A stretch of 63,054 nucleotides of DNA, taken from assembly GCA_035571895.1 (NCBI GenBank), contig DATNBS010000201.1, forward strand, positions 1-63,054, written 5' to 3'. The notes under the pieces were generated by a model. That model was given only the letters and a program-made list of their open reading frames with translations. It was not told the origin of the DNA and did no database searches. Shown here one piece after another: positions 37,322 to 48,309 of the stretch. The translations under genes and the position numbers were made by a program. Every line of letters begins with the position of its first letter. Positions within the stretch are counted from its first letter, which is position 1. This stretch comes from Arthrobacter sp. (GTDB taxonomy: Bacteria > Actinomycetota > Actinomycetes > Actinomycetales > Micrococcaceae).

Positions 37322-40300
37322 TCGGTGACCTGCCGTCCTTCGTCGCACAGGGGGCATATGGAGGGCAGGCGGCATCCGCTCCCGGTCCGTCCGGCCCGGG
37401 AGGGATCGTGCCGCGCCTGGAACCCGTTGCCGGCCATGAGCCGGGCCGCGGCGAGCACCATCGGGGTGGCCCAGTCGTCGGCGCCGACCGGTTCCTGAGC
37501 CTGCTCCCCCGGGCTCTTGGCGGTGGTGCCGAGTTGGACCAGGGCGGCTCCCCCGGGCCGGGTGGGCAGCTCCGGGCCGAGGGCGCCGGCGAGGACGGCG
37601 GCCTGGTAGCTGCCCAATTGCGGGTTCCGGGCCACCTCGGCCTTGGTCGGGGCCGATTTGCCGGTCTTCAGGTCCACGACGTAGGCGCGGCCCTCGGCAT
37701 CGACTTCGAGCCGGTCGATGACCCCGCGCAGGCGGACGGTGATGTCCTCGTCTCCGATCTCCACGTCGAAGTCCCGTTCGCGGGCCAGCAGTTCACGGTT
37801 GCCGCCGCGCATCAGGATCGCGTACTGGGCCAACTTGCGCAGCATGGTCTCGGCCCGTTCGTGGTCCTTGGCCGTTTCCCAGGTCGGCGGCAGGTCCAGA
37901 TCGGGCCATCTCCGGTCGAGCTCCTGCAGGTATTCATTGCCGGTGGCCGCCGGCAGGTCCTCGGCGATGGCGTGGACCAGGGTCCCCAGGCTGCGGGCCA
38001 GGTCCGTGGCCGGTTCGCCTCCGGCGGCCTGGACGAACCAGTCCAACGGCGATTCCAGCGCGGCCTGCACGCGCGAGGGCGAGACCCTAACCGGTTCGCC
38101 GGGCGGGTTGACCGGGGCGTCGGTGCTCGCGGGGAGCAGTCCCCACCACTCATCGGGGTGGGCGCCGCGGATCCGCGTGGGCTGGTCGGCCAGCCGGGCA
38201 AGGACCGCTGCGGCATCGTGGGCGGTGTCCTCGAGTTCGGGCACGGTGACACCGTCCTCGAGACGCTGGCGCAGGAGTGCCACCAGGGACGCCAGCGTGC
38301 GTTCGCGGGGGACGGTGGTCATCGGCCGTGGCTGCTCCTGGTTGGTCCACGGCTGGACCAGGTCCAGGAACTGGGAGGGCTGGTGGTCCTCGGAGGCGAC
38401 ACCGATGCAGACCAGAGACTGGCCGGCCCGTGAAATGGCGCTGGCGAAGGTGCGCAGCTCATCCGCGCGGGTGGCCCGCAGGCGGCTCGCCGGATCGCGT
38501 TGGCCCAAGATCGCGGGACCGTGTTCGACGACATCGGCCAGGGCGCTGCTGCCCAGCAGCTCCCCCCGCAAACGGGTGTTGGGCCAGATCCCCTCCTGGA
38601 GGCCGGGGACCAGGACCAGGTCCCATTCGTGGCCGACGGCTCCGGCGGGGGTGGCCACGGCGACCGATGGCCCGCTGCCTCCACGCGAGGCCAGGGTGTC
38701 CATGGGCAGTTCCTGGCCAAGCACATGGTCGGTGAACTGCCCGACGGTGGATCCGGGCAACTGGTCCACAAAACGTTCGGCGGCCTGGAACAGCGCCATG
38801 AGCGCGTCCAGGTCGTGGTCCGCCCGGGCACCGGCGGCTCCGCCCCCGAGTGCTGCCTGCCGCCACGGGGCTTCCAGGCCCGAGGCCGACCACAGGGCCC
38901 AGAGCGCGGTCTCGGCGTTGGCGGAGGGCTCGGAGAGTTCATCCACCAAGGCGGCAAGCATGCGTGCCAGCCGTTCTGCGCCGCGGGCTTCGCGCCCCTG
39001 GCCGGTCAGCGGGGACGGATCCAACAGGATGCCGCGGAGCAGTTCGGTGCTCGAGCGTTGGCCGCCGCCCACTCGCTCCCGGCGCCGCAGCACCTGGCGG
39101 AGGCGTCTGATGTCCAGGGCGCTGGAGGCACCGTAGCGCGAGGCCAGGAGCGCTTCGACGGTACCCGCCTCGGGCAATGGAGGTCCAGGTTCCGCGACGC
39201 CGGCCCCTGCCGCGGGGAGCGTGTCCTCGCCGGTAGCCTGGCCTGCGGCCATTCCCAGCCCGAGCTTCAGCAGCGTCAGCAGGGGCCGGACCGCCGGTTC
39301 GTCCCGCAGGGGCACTTCGGCCTGCGGCACGTTGACGGGGATCCCCTCGGCCGCCAGATGTCGCGAGATGGCGGCAACCTGGCCTCCGTTGCGCACGACC
39401 ACGGCCATCGTATCCAGAGGCCGGCCCGCCATCAGGTGCTCCTCCAGAAGCCGCTGGGTGACCAGGCGCAGTTCGTGCACCGGCGACTGCACCAGGTGCA
39501 CCTCCACGGTCGCGGTGCAGTGTTCCCGCTCCCCGGTGCCGGCGTCCTCGGGCGTCTCCACCCCGTCGCCTGCTGGGCGCAACCGGCGTCCGGCGCCGCC
39601 GGTGGTGACGGGGATCCGGCCGGCCACCCGTGTCCAGGCTGCGGCGATGGCGGGCCCCATCCGCCAGGAGGTCCCCAGCTCCAGCGCGTTCGCCGGCTGG
39701 CGGTCGGTGCCGTAATAGGAGTCGAAGCGCCCCAGCAGGTCCGGCCTGGCCCCGCGGAATCCCTGGACCGCGTTGTCCGGGGAGGCGAAGGCGAGCAGGT
39801 CGCGTCCGGAGGCCAGCAGCCGCAGGAGACGGTGCTGGGCTGGATTGGCTTCCTGCAGGTCGTCGACCACGAGCAGCGTGAGACGGTCGCGTTCGTCCTC
39901 GAGCAGGCTGGGGTTGCGTTCCAGGAGGTCGGCCGCCGCGGTGATCAGTCCCGCCGGGTCGAACGCCTCGCTGCTGCCCAGATCCAGCAGGTCGCGGTAT
40001 TCCTGGTACAGCGCTGCCGAGGCGGTCCATTCCGGGCGCAGGCAGCGTCGCCCCAGGTCCTCCAAGTCACCGGCCTCGAGACCGTATTCGGCCAACCGGT
40101 CGAAGAGCTCGCGGATCTCCTTGCGGAAACCGCGCGTCCCGATGGCCTCCCCCAGCGAATCGGGCCAGGCCGGACCGCGGGTGATGCCCGAGGCGTGGCC
40201 GGCAAGCAGTTCGGCGATCAACGTGTCCTGTTCGGGGCCTGACAGCAGCCGGGGCGGGCGTTCCACGGCGGGGAGGAAGCCCTGCAGACGCGCCCGGCGG

Positions 40301-40599
40301 ATGAGGTCGAAGGCATAGGCGGCCCAGGTGCGGACCGCCGGTTCGGAGAAAGTGGCATCCGAAGCCGCCGACAGCCGGTCGCGCAGCTCGCCGGCGGCGG
40401 TCCGCGAGGGGGCGATGACCAGCAGCGCCTCGGGCGGATGCCCCGCGTCCAGCCGGCGGACGACCGCTTCCAGCAGGGTGCTGGTCTTCCCGGTTCCCGG
40501 GGCCCCGAGGACGAGTACGGGTCCGTGGCCGGGTTCCAGGGAGACGATGCGGTCCCGCGCGGGCAGCTGTATCCGGTCCGTGGTTTCCATGGTCACCAT
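37318..40599 (-). CDS. adnA: helicase-nuclease AdnA
   Basis: GAPGTGKT, degenerate DDLQE, IDRLE..VDLKTG..QLGSY; ATGA-coupled to adnB. Confidence 0.9.
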   Translation of the reverse strand: MVTMETTDRIQLPARDRIVSLEPGHGPVLVLGAPGTGKTSTLLEAVVRRLDAGHPPEALLVIAPSRTAAGELRDRLSAASDATFSEPAVRTWAAYAFDLIRRARLQGFLPAVERPPRLLSGPEQDTLIAELLAGHASGITRGPAWPDSLGEAIGTRGFRKEIRELFDRLAEYGLEAGDLEDLGRRCLRPEWTASAALYQEYRDLLDLGSSEAFDPAGLITAAADLLERNPSLLEDERDRLTLLVVDDLQEANPAQHRLLRLLASGRDLLAFASPDNAVQGFRGARPDLLGRFDSYYGTDRQPANALELGTSWRMGPAIAAAWTRVAGRIPVTTGGAGRRLRPAGDGVETPEDAGTGEREHCTATVEVHLVQSPVHELRLVTQRLLEEHLMAGRPLDTMAVVVRNGGQVAAISRHLAAEGIPVNVPQAEVPLRDEPAVRPLLTLLKLGLGMAAGQATGEDTLPAAGAGVAEPGPPLPEAGTVEALLASRYGASSALDIRRLRQVLRRRERVGGGQRSSTELLRGILLDPSPLTGQGREARGAERLARMLAALVDELSEPSANAETALWALWSASGLEAPWRQAALGGGAAGARADHDLDALMALFQAAERFVDQLPGSTVGQFTDHVLGQELPMDTLASRGGSGPSVAVATPAGAVGHEWDLVLVPGLQEGIWPNTRLRGELLGSSALADVVEHGPAILGQRDPASRLRATRADELRTFASAISRAGQSLVCIGVASEDHQPSQFLDLVQPWTNQEQPRPMTTVPRERTLASLVALLRQRLEDGVTVPELEDTAHDAAAVLARLADQPTRIRGAHPDEWWGLLPASTDAPVNPPGEPVRVSPSRVQAALESPLDWFVQAAGGEPATDLARSLGTLVHAIAEDLPAATGNEYLQELDRRWPDLDLPPTWETAKDHERAETMLRKLAQYAILMRGGNRELLARERDFDVEIGDEDITVRLRGVIDRLEVDAEGRAYVVDLKTGKSAPTKAEVARNPQLGSYQAAVLAGALGPELPTRPGGAALVQLGTTAKSPGEQAQEPVGADDWATPMVLAAARLMAGNGFQARHDPSRAGRTGSGCRLPSICPLCDEGRQVTE

Positions 40600-40991
40600 C
40601 AGAGCACGTGCCCCTGACGGTTGGGGGCGACCCCAGCGTGGCCGTCTAGGCCGTCGGCCAGCTCGGTGGCGATGGCGTCCAGGACCGCGAATGCGGCGTC
40701 GTCGGGCTGCCACCTAGCATCCGCGATCCGTATCCTGCCGCGGAGCATCGGGATCCCTTCGTCGGCCCAGCGGTCGGCGGCCCGGCCGAGCAGCCCGTCC
40801 GGAAGGGTTCCGTCGGCGCGCACGACCCGCCACCAGGGCACGTTCCGGCCGGCGGAATGGGACATTGCGGCACCGACCTGCCGTGGGCCACCGGAACCAA
40901 GCAGTTCGGCGATGTCCCCGTACGTCAGCACACGGCCGGGAGGGATGGCCCCGGCGAGGCGGTACACGGCGTCTTCGTAGGGCTGTGGCAT
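40599..40991 (-). CDS. alkyltransferase-like (ATL/MGMT family) protein
   Basis: TYGDIA, PRQVG, PWWRV (Trp replaces the catalytic Cys). Confidence 0.9.
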   Translation of the reverse strand: MPQPYEDAVYRLAGAIPPGRVLTYGDIAELLGSGGPRQVGAAMSHSAGRNVPWWRVVRADGTLPDGLLGRAADRWADEGIPMLRGRIRIADARWQPDDAAFAVLDAIATELADGLDGHAGVAPNRQGHVL

Positions 40992-41061
40992 GCCTCCCAG
41001 CATAGGTGCCGACCGGCGCGGGTGGCTCCGACTTGTCGGCGGCGGACGATAGCGTGGTTCC

Positions 41062-41742
41062 ATGGACCTTTGGCATCAGCTTCCCCGGGCAGCATTCGAT
41101 CTCGAGACCACCGGCAAGGACCCGCTGCAGGCGCGGATCGTGACCGCCTCGGTCGTCATCGTCAACGCCCGGCAGGAAATCATCAACCACCGCGAATGGC
41201 TCGTGAACCCTGGGGTGCCGATCCCCGAGGAGGCGTCCGCGGTGCACGGCGTGAGCACCGAGCGGGCGGTCGCCTCCGGCGTCGATCCCGCGGCGGCCGT
41301 CGCGGAGATCTCGCTCCACCTGCAGGACCTGTTCCAGACGATGCCCGTGATGGCCTTCAACGCCAGCTACGACTTCACGGTGCTGGCGCGCGAAGGGGCA
41401 CGGCACGGCGTGCCGGGCCTGGCCCCCGTGCCGGTGATCGACCCCTACATCATCGACAAGCGCGTGGACCGGTACCGGCGCGGCAAGCGGACGCTCGCGG
41501 CGCTCTGCGACCACTATGGCGTGCCCTTGCGCAACGCGCACACCTCGGTGGCCGATGCCGCCGCCACCATTGGCGTCGCCGATGCCCAGGCCCTGAAGTA
41601 CGCGCGGGAACTGGCCATCGATCCCAGCGAGCTGCACCGGCAACAGGTCCTGTGGGCCGCGGAGCAGGCTGCCAGCCTGCAGGAGTACTTCCGACGCAAG
41701 GACCCCGCCGCCGTCGTCGACGGAACGTGGCCGGTACGCTGA
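41062..41742 (+). CDS. DEDDh 3'-5' exonuclease (DnaQ-like)
   Basis: FDLETTG, FNASYD, AHTSVADA. Confidence 0.92.
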   Translation: MDLWHQLPRAAFDLETTGKDPLQARIVTASVVIVNARQEIINHREWLVNPGVPIPEEASAVHGVSTERAVASGVDPAAAVAEISLHLQDLFQTMPVMAFNASYDFTVLAREGARHGVPGLAPVPVIDPYIIDKRVDRYRRGKRTLAALCDHYGVPLRNAHTSVADAAATIGVADAQALKYARELAIDPSELHRQQVLWAAEQAASLQEYFRRKDPAAVVDGTWPVR

Positions 41743-42131
41743 GCCACACCCCGTGGTCCCGACGGCCGGGGCCTTCGGGACGGGGATTGCCCGGCGTGCC
41801 CTTGCCTGACGCGGGACTGCGGGCTTCGACGGCTGCAGGACCACGGTGTCCCTGTGAGGGGGTAGCACGGCGACTTCGAGAGTCACGTCACGGAAATTTT
41901 TGCCCCGCGGCCTGCCGGTCCTGATGGGCGCTTCCTTGCATGCGACCGGGCCCCTGTCGCACGCGTTTCGCGCAAACATGCCGCTACGTCGAAGGGTGTT
42001 CGATAGATTCGTCTCCTGGGATCAGTCGATTCGATTTTGTGTTGGACTTCCGGGCTGGTGCAATGGATTTATTCGATTCACCGTGGTCCCGCGTTGGGGC
42101 CGATTGTCACTTCCAGCCGGAAAGAACACAC

Positions 42132-43037
42132 ATGCCGAAGCTCCGCTTGTCCCTTGCCAAGTTCGCTGCAGTCGCCGCCGTTGCCACCCTGGGCCTGACC
42201 GCCTGCGGCGGCGGTTCCGATGAGGCGGCCGCCCTGCCGACCGACCTGAAGACCGTGACCATCGGGGTCTCCGACGGGGCCGAGCCGTACTGGCAGGTGT
42301 ACAAGAAGGTCGTCAAGGACGAGACCGGCGTCGATGTCGAGTTCAAGAACTTCTCCGACTACAACCAGCCGAACCCCGCCCTGGACCAGAAGCAGCTGGA
42401 CCTGAACGAGTTCCAGCACCTGCAGTACCTGGCCACCTACAACACCAAGAACGGCAAGGACCTCCAGCCCATCGGCGCCACGGCGGTCTACCCGCTGCCG
42501 CTGTACTCGACGAAGTACGACTCCCCCGAGCAGATCCCGCAGGGCTCCCAGATCGCCATCCCCAACGACCCGACCAACCTGGCCCGGTCGCTGATCGTCC
42601 TGGAGAACGCCGGGCTGATCAAGGTCAAGGGCGGCGCGAACTCGACCTCGACGCCGGCCGACGTCGACACCGAGGCCTCGAAGGTCAAGGTCGTTACCGT
42701 TGACGCGAAGATGACGGCGCAGAACCTGGATTCCCTGGCCGGGGCCATCGTCAACAACAACTACGCCACGGCCGCGAAGCTGAGCGAGGACTCCATCATT
42801 GCCCAGGACGACCCCTCGGCAGAGGCCACCAAGCCCTACATCAACGCCTTCGTTGCCCGCAACGAGGACAAGACGAACCCCACCCTGCTGAAGATCGCCG
42901 CCCTCTACCACGACCCGACCGTGGAGAAGGCCATCAAGAAGGACCTGGGCGAGGGCGGCGTGTTCAAGGAGAACTCCCCCGAGGACCTCCAGGCCGCGCT
43001 GAAGGTCATCGAGGACAACATGGCGGGTTCGAAGTAA
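42132..43037 (+). CDS. metQ: MetQ/NlpA ABC transporter substrate-binding lipoprotein
   Basis: lipobox LTAC, DYNQPN, NEFQH, IPNDPTN. Confidence 0.9.
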   Translation: MPKLRLSLAKFAAVAAVATLGLTACGGGSDEAAALPTDLKTVTIGVSDGAEPYWQVYKKVVKDETGVDVEFKNFSDYNQPNPALDQKQLDLNEFQHLQYLATYNTKNGKDLQPIGATAVYPLPLYSTKYDSPEQIPQGSQIAIPNDPTNLARSLIVLENAGLIKVKGGANSTSTPADVDTEASKVKVVTVDAKMTAQNLDSLAGAIVNNNYATAAKLSEDSIIAQDDPSAEATKPYINAFVARNEDKTNPTLLKIAALYHDPTVEKAIKKDLGEGGVFKENSPEDLQAALKVIEDNMAGSK

Positions 43038-43152
43038 CCGACCGGACCCCCGCCTACCCGAGCCGCTGTGGCACCCGCGCCGGAGAACCCGGCGCCGGGG
43101 CCGCAGCGGTTTTTGCGGGTACGGCACCATCCACAGCGAGAAAGGACCTGCG

Positions 43153-44247
43153 GTGACCTCCATCGTCAGCTTCCGCAACGTCTCCAAGGCCTATCCCGGC
43201 CGCGGGGCCGCCAAGGGCAAACCCGTCCATGCCCTCCGCGACGTCACCTTCGACATCGAGAAGGGATCGATCACCGGGGTGATCGGCTATTCGGGCGCGG
43301 GCAAGAGCACCCTGGTCCGCTTGATCAACGCCCTGGAACTCCCCACCGGCGGCAGGCTCGTCGTCAACGAGCGCGAGCTCACCGGCATGGGCGAGAAGCA
43401 GCTGCGCGGCCTGCGCGGCGGCATCGGCATGATCTTCCAACAGTTCAACCTGTTCAATTCCCGCACCGTGTCCAAGAACGTCGAGTACCCCCTCATCGTC
43501 GCCGGATGGCCGAAGGCCGAGCGGGCCGCGCGGGTCGCCGAGCTGTTGGAGTTCGTCGGGATCGCGGACAAGGCACGGCAGTTCCCCAGCCAGCTCTCCG
43601 GTGGGCAGAAGCAGCGCGTGGGCATCGCCCGGGCGCTGGCCACCAACCCGGAGCTGCTCTTGGCCGACGAGGCGACCAGCGCCCTGGATCCCGAGACCAC
43701 CACGGAGGTCCTGTCCCTGCTCAAGCGGGTCAACGAGGAGTTCGGCACCACCATCGTCGTGATCACGCACGAAATGCACGTAGTCCGATCGATCTGCGAC
43801 CACGTGGCGGTCATGGAACAGGGATCGCTGCTCGAGCACGGGCACGTGTATGACGTCTTCGCCTTTGCCCAAAATCCGGCGACCCGGAAGTTCATCAGCA
43901 GCACCATCGCCGACAAGCCCAGCCCCGATACCGTGGCGCGCCTGCAGGAGCTGCACCCGGGACGCCTGGTGACCATCACCATCTCCGAGGCCCCCGGCAG
44001 CGGTGCCGGGTCGAACCAGCGGGACATCTCCTCCCTGCTCGCCTCCTACCCGGCGGTGCACGACTCCGTGGTCTACGGTTCAGTGACCGAGATCGCGCAA
44101 CGTCCCTTCGGGTCGCTGACCTACGTCCTCGAAGGACCCGACGCGGACCTCGATGCGCTCATCGAGGCCCTGTCCCAGCTCACGACCGTGCAGCAGTGGC
44201 CGGCGGCCACCGCCGCCGGTCCCGACGACGAAGGAGCACGGCGATGA
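43153..44247 (+). CDS. metN: methionine ABC transporter ATP-binding protein
   Basis: GYSGAGKS, IFQQFNL, LSGGQKQR, DEATSALD, C-terminal NIL-like region. Confidence 0.92.
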   Translation: MTSIVSFRNVSKAYPGRGAAKGKPVHALRDVTFDIEKGSITGVIGYSGAGKSTLVRLINALELPTGGRLVVNERELTGMGEKQLRGLRGGIGMIFQQFNLFNSRTVSKNVEYPLIVAGWPKAERAARVAELLEFVGIADKARQFPSQLSGGQKQRVGIARALATNPELLLADEATSALDPETTTEVLSLLKRVNEEFGTTIVVITHEMHVVRSICDHVAVMEQGSLLEHGHVYDVFAFAQNPATRKFISSTIADKPSPDTVARLQELHPGRLVTITISEAPGSGAGSNQRDISSLLASYPAVHDSVVYGSVTEIAQRPFGSLTYVLEGPDADLDALIEALSQLTTVQQWPAATAAGPDDEGARR

Positions 44248-44903
44248 TCGACTGGACCACGATGGGCCCGCAGCTGGCGGACTCCATCCAGCAGACCCTG
44301 TTCATGGTCATCGTCACGATGATCATCGGCGGCATCCTCGGCCTGCTCATCGGCATCCTGCTCTATGCCACGCGGGCGGGGAACATCCTGCAGAACACCG
44401 TGGTGTTCAACGTGTTGAACTTCGTGATCAACATCGTGCGCCCGATTCCGTTCATCATCTTCATCTCGCTGGTCGGGCCGTGGACGCTGGCGGTGATCGG
44501 GACCTCGATCGGCACCGAAGCCGCGATCTTCCCGATGACGCTGATGACCGCCGTCGTCCTGGGGCGCATCGTCGAGCAGAACCTCGTGGGCGTCGATCCC
44601 GGCGTCGTCGAGGCGGCCCGGGCCATGGGCTCCAGCCGCACCCGGGTCCTGTTCGACGTCGTGCTGCGCGAGTCGCTCGCCCCGCTGGTGCTGGGCTACA
44701 CGTTCATCTTCATCGGCGTCGTGGACATGTCCGCAGTGGCCGGGTACATCGGCGGCGGCGGCCTGGGCGACCTGGCCATCACGTACGGCTACCAGCAGTT
44801 CAACTACGCCGTGACCCTGCTCGCCGTGGCGGTCATCGTGGTCATCGTCCAGCTGGCCCAGCTGCTGGGCAACTTCCTGGCCAAGCGCATGCTGCACCGC
44901 TAG
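44244..44903 (+). CDS. metI: methionine ABC transporter permease
   Basis: RPIPFII, EAARAMG, GGGGLGDLAITYGY. Confidence 0.92.
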   Translation: MIDWTTMGPQLADSIQQTLFMVIVTMIIGGILGLLIGILLYATRAGNILQNTVVFNVLNFVINIVRPIPFIIFISLVGPWTLAVIGTSIGTEAAIFPMTLMTAVVLGRIVEQNLVGVDPGVVEAARAMGSSRTRVLFDVVLRESLAPLVLGYTFIFIGVVDMSAVAGYIGGGGLGDLAITYGYQQFNYAVTLLAVAVIVVIVQLAQLLGNFLAKRMLHR

Positions 44904-44921
44904 CAGCTAGCCCTTGACGTC

Positions 44922-44962
44922 ACGAGGCGGTGTTCCCGGTTGGACCGGGAACACCGCCTCGT
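44922..44962. terminator. bidirectional terminator-like hairpin between metI and hemL
   Basis: 19-bp perfect stem. Confidence 0.75.
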
Positions 44963-44981
44963 CGTTGCCCGGGCGGTTCCG

Positions 44982-46295
44982 CTAGGCCTGCGGCGTGGCA
45001 GCTGCCGCGGCGCGGGCGGCGGCGGGCAGTGCGGTGATGATGCGCTCCATGGCCGCATCGTCGTGGGCGGCGGAGAGGAACCAGGCCTCGAAAACGCTCG
45101 GGGGCAGGTAGACCCCGGACTCCAGCATGGAGTGGAAGAACGGCGCGTAGCGGAAGGCCTCCTGGTCCTGGGCCTGCGCGTAGTCGTGGACCCCGTGCGC
45201 CGAGGTCCCGAAGGCCACGGAGAACAGGTTCCCGGCCGTCTGGATGGAGTAGTCGACGCCGGCACCCTCCAGGGCGGTCCCCAGTTCGGCCTGCAGCTGG
45301 ATGCTGCGGGCGTCCACGTGCGCGTAGACCTCGTCGGTTGCGTGGGTTAGCGTCGCGATGCCCGCGGCCATGGCCACCGGGTTTCCGGACAGGGTGCCGG
45401 CCTGGTAGACCGGTCCCAGCGGGGCCAGGTAGTCCATGACCTCGGCCCGGCCGCCGAGCGCCGCGGTGGGCAGGCCGCCGCCGATGACCTTGCCGAAGGT
45501 GAACAGGTCCGGCGTCCACCCTTCCCGCGCGCCGGTCAGGCCCCAGTAGCCGGCCGGGCCGGTGCGGAAGCCGGTGAGGACCTCGTCGAGGATCAGCAGT
45601 GCCCCGTGGGCGGAGGTGATCCGCGCCAGGGCCGCATTGAACCCCTCGGACGGGGTGACCACGCCCATGTTGGCCGGCGCCGCCTCGGTGATGACCGCGG
45701 CAATGCGCTGGCCGTGCTCGGCGAAGGCCGCCTCGACCGCGGCGACGTCGTTGTAGGGCAGCACGAGGGTCTCGGCCGCGGTGGCCGCGGTGACCCCGGC
45801 CGATCCGGGCAGGGCCAGGGTCGCCAGGCCCGAGCCGGCGGAGGCCAGCAACCCGTCCAGGTGCCCGTGGTAGCAGCCGGCGAACTTCACGACGAGGTCG
45901 CGGCCGGTGTAGCCGCGGGCCAGCCGGATGGCGGTCATGGTCGCCTCGGTGCCGGTGGAGACCATGCGCAGCCGTTCCACGGCCGGAACCCGGCCGGTGA
46001 CGAGCCGGGCCAGCCCGGCCTCGTCGGGGGTCGAGGCACCGAAGGACAGGCCGCGGTCCACGGCGGCGTGCACGGCCTCCTGGACGGCGGGGTGCTTGTG
46101 GCCCAGCAGTGCCGGACCCCAGGAGCAGACGAGGTCGACGTAGTCGTTGCCGTCGGCGTCGGTGAGGTGGGCGCCCTCGGCGCCGACGATGAACGGGGGG
46201 ACGCCGCCGACGGAGCCGAAGGCGCGCACGGGCGAGTTCACTCCCCCGGGCATCAGCGACCGGGCGCTGTCGAAGAGTTCCTGCGAGGTGGTCAT
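44982..46295 (-). CDS. hemL: glutamate-1-semialdehyde 2,1-aminomutase
   Basis: [30 protein letters not shown]. Confidence 0.96.
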   Translation of the reverse strand: MTTSQELFDSARSLMPGGVNSPVRAFGSVGGVPPFIVGAEGAHLTDADGNDYVDLVCSWGPALLGHKHPAVQEAVHAAVDRGLSFGASTPDEAGLARLVTGRVPAVERLRMVSTGTEATMTAIRLARGYTGRDLVVKFAGCYHGHLDGLLASAGSGLATLALPGSAGVTAATAAETLVLPYNDVAAVEAAFAEHGQRIAAVITEAAPANMGVVTPSEGFNAALARITSAHGALLILDEVLTGFRTGPAGYWGLTGAREGWTPDLFTFGKVIGGGLPTAALGGRAEVMDYLAPLGPVYQAGTLSGNPVAMAAGIATLTHATDEVYAHVDARSIQLQAELGTALEGAGVDYSIQTAGNLFSVAFGTSAHGVHDYAQAQDQEAFRYAPFFHSMLESGVYLPPSVFEAWFLSAAHDDAAMERIITALPAAARAAAAATPQA

Positions 46296-46297
46296 GG

Positions 46298-47281
46298 TCA
46301 GTTTCCTTCCTTCAGCCAGCCGGCCAGTTCGGCGGCCCAGTAGGTCAAGACGGTGTCGGCGCCGGCGCGGCGGATGGAGAGCACCGATTCGGTGATGGCG
46401 GCACGGCGGTCGATCCAGCCGTTCGCGGCAGCGGCCTCGATCATCGCGTACTCCCCGGAGATCTGGTAGGCGGAGACCGGGACCGGGGACATCGCGGCGA
46501 CGTCGGCCAGGATGTCCAGGTAGCTCATGGCCGGCTTGACCATGATGAGGTCGGCGCCCTCCTGAAGGTCGAGTTCGACCTCGTGCAGGGCCTCGCGGCG
46601 GTTGGAGGCGTCCATCTGGTAGGTGCGGCGGTCGCCGGAGAGCTGCGAGTCGACGGCCTCGCGGAACGGCCCGTAGAACGCCGAGGCGTACTTCGCGGCA
46701 TAGGCCAGCACGGGAGTGTCCTCGAAGCCCGCGGCGTCGAGCGCCTGCCGGATGACGGCGACCTGGCCGTCCATCATGCCCGAGGGGGCGACCATGTGGG
46801 CGCCGGCCTCCGCCTGGGCAACACCCATCCTGCCGTAGATCTCCAGCGTCGCGTCGTTGTCCACGCGCCCGGCGGCGTCCAGGACCCCGCAGTGCCCGTG
46901 GTCGGTGAACTCGTCGAGGCAGAGGTCGGACATCACGACGATCTCGTCCCCGACCTCGGCCCGGACATCGGCGATGGCGCGGTTGAGCACGCCGTCCGGG
47001 TCGAGCCCGGCGCTTCCGGTGGCATCGCGCACGGCGGGGACGCCGAAGAGCATGAACCCGCCCAGGCCCAGTTCGGCGGCCTCGGCGGCGGCGCGCTTGA
47101 GCGACTCGGTCGTGTGCTGCACGACGCCGGGCATGGACTCGATGGGCCGGGGTTCGGCGAGGTCCTCGCGGATGAACGCGGGGAGGATCAGCTGGCGGGG
47201 GGCCAGGTCGACTTCGGCGACCAGGCGGCGCATCGCCGCAGTGGTGCGCAGCCGGCGGGGCCGGTGGGTGGGGAAAGACAT
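46298..47281 (-). CDS. hemB: porphobilinogen synthase
   Basis: [30 protein letters not shown]. Confidence 0.96.
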   Translation of the reverse strand: MSFPTHRPRRLRTTAAMRRLVAEVDLAPRQLILPAFIREDLAEPRPIESMPGVVQHTTESLKRAAAEAAELGLGGFMLFGVPAVRDATGSAGLDPDGVLNRAIADVRAEVGDEIVVMSDLCLDEFTDHGHCGVLDAAGRVDNDATLEIYGRMGVAQAEAGAHMVAPSGMMDGQVAVIRQALDAAGFEDTPVLAYAAKYASAFYGPFREAVDSQLSGDRRTYQMDASNRREALHEVELDLQEGADLIMVKPAMSYLDILADVAAMSPVPVSAYQISGEYAMIEAAAANGWIDRRAAITESVLSIRRAGADTVLTYWAAELAGWLKEGN

Positions 47282-47364
47282 CGTGGCCTTCAGCTTTCTG
47301 CCGCAGGGGGCACTCGGGGACTTCGGGGGTCGGATCGCCGGCGGGTAGCCGGCGCTGGCAGGGG

Positions 47365-48309
47365 TCAGCCGCCCGGCGGGGCGGCGGGGCGGACGGCGTG
47401 CTCCCAGGCGTCGGCGAGCCCGGCGGGGGTCGGCCGGGCCGCGACCGCGGCCGGTTCCCAGCCGCGGCTCCGCATTTCGGCGGCCGTCGAATCGCCGATG
47501 GCGATGCCGTCGACCCCGGCCGGCACGCCTCCGGCCAGGGCCAGGTAGCGGCGCACGATGCTCGGCGAGGTGAGCAGCACGGCCTGGACCGCTGTAGGGA
47601 CCCCGCCGGCCGCCGCCAGCTCGGAGGGCGCCAGGTCGGGCCGGGGCTGCCCGGCCTCGGGGGCGGCCAGGCGGCGTGCCGGGTCGCCCGGCGCGGCCAC
47701 GGTGCAATAGGCGGTGACGACGCGGGCCTCCGCCCCCCACGCGCGCAGGCCGTCGGCCAGGACCGGCGCCGCGAGGTCGGCCTGCGGCATGAACACCGTG
47801 GTGCCGGCGGACGGGCGGTCCGCCTGCGGCCATTCGGCGAGCATGCCGCGGGCGGAGTGGTCGTGGACCGGGCGGAAGTCCACGCGCAGGCCCGCCGCTG
47901 CCGCGGCCGCGGCGGTCGCCTCCCCCACGACGGCCACGCGGGTGGCCGCCGGCACGTCCAGCAGCCCTTCTGGTGGAGCGACCGGCGATGTGGGGGCCTC
48001 GGGCTTCCCGGTGCCGGGCTTCCCGGTGCCGCCGATCCCGGAACCGTCGGGGCGGAGGTCGGCGGCCCGCCGGCACAGTGCCTGCACCGTGGACCGGGAG
48101 GTGAGCAGCAGCCAGTCGAAGCCGCCGTCGAGCAGCCGCAGCACCCCCTCATCAAACGCCGTGGTGTCCCGGGGCAGCTCGAGGTCGATCAGCGGGCACA
48201 GCAGGACCGCAGCGCCGCGGCCGGCCAGCTCGGCGAGGGTGGGGCCGGCGCGGTCCGCGCTGCGCAGCAGCAGCGCGGTCCGGCCGGCCAGCGGTGGGCG
48301 TCCGGGCAC
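47365..48309 (-). CDS. hemD: uroporphyrinogen-III synthase
   Basis: WLLLTS, VGEATA, AYCTV, LTSPS, IGDST; position between hemC and hemB. Confidence 0.85.
   Translation of the reverse strand: MPGRPPLAGRTALLLRSADRAGPTLAELAGRGAAVLLCPLIDLELPRDTTAFDEGVLRLLDGGFDWLLLTSRSTVQALCRRAADLRPDGSGIGGTGKPGTGKPEAPTSPVAPPEGLLDVPAATRVAVVGEATAAAAAAAGLRVDFRPVHDHSARGMLAEWPQADRPSAGTTVFMPQADLAAPVLADGLRAWGAEARVVTAYCTVAAPGDPARRLAAPEAGQPRPDLAPSELAAAGGVPTAVQAVLLTSPSIVRRYLALAGGVPAGVDGIAIGDSTAAEMRSRGWEPAAVAARPTPAGLADAWEHAVRPAAPPGG

Noticed and set aside
29016-41742. Helicase/nuclease cluster as a novel anti-phage defence system
   Set aside because: Matches the known actinobacterial uvrD2-nudC-adnBA-ATL DNA repair locus
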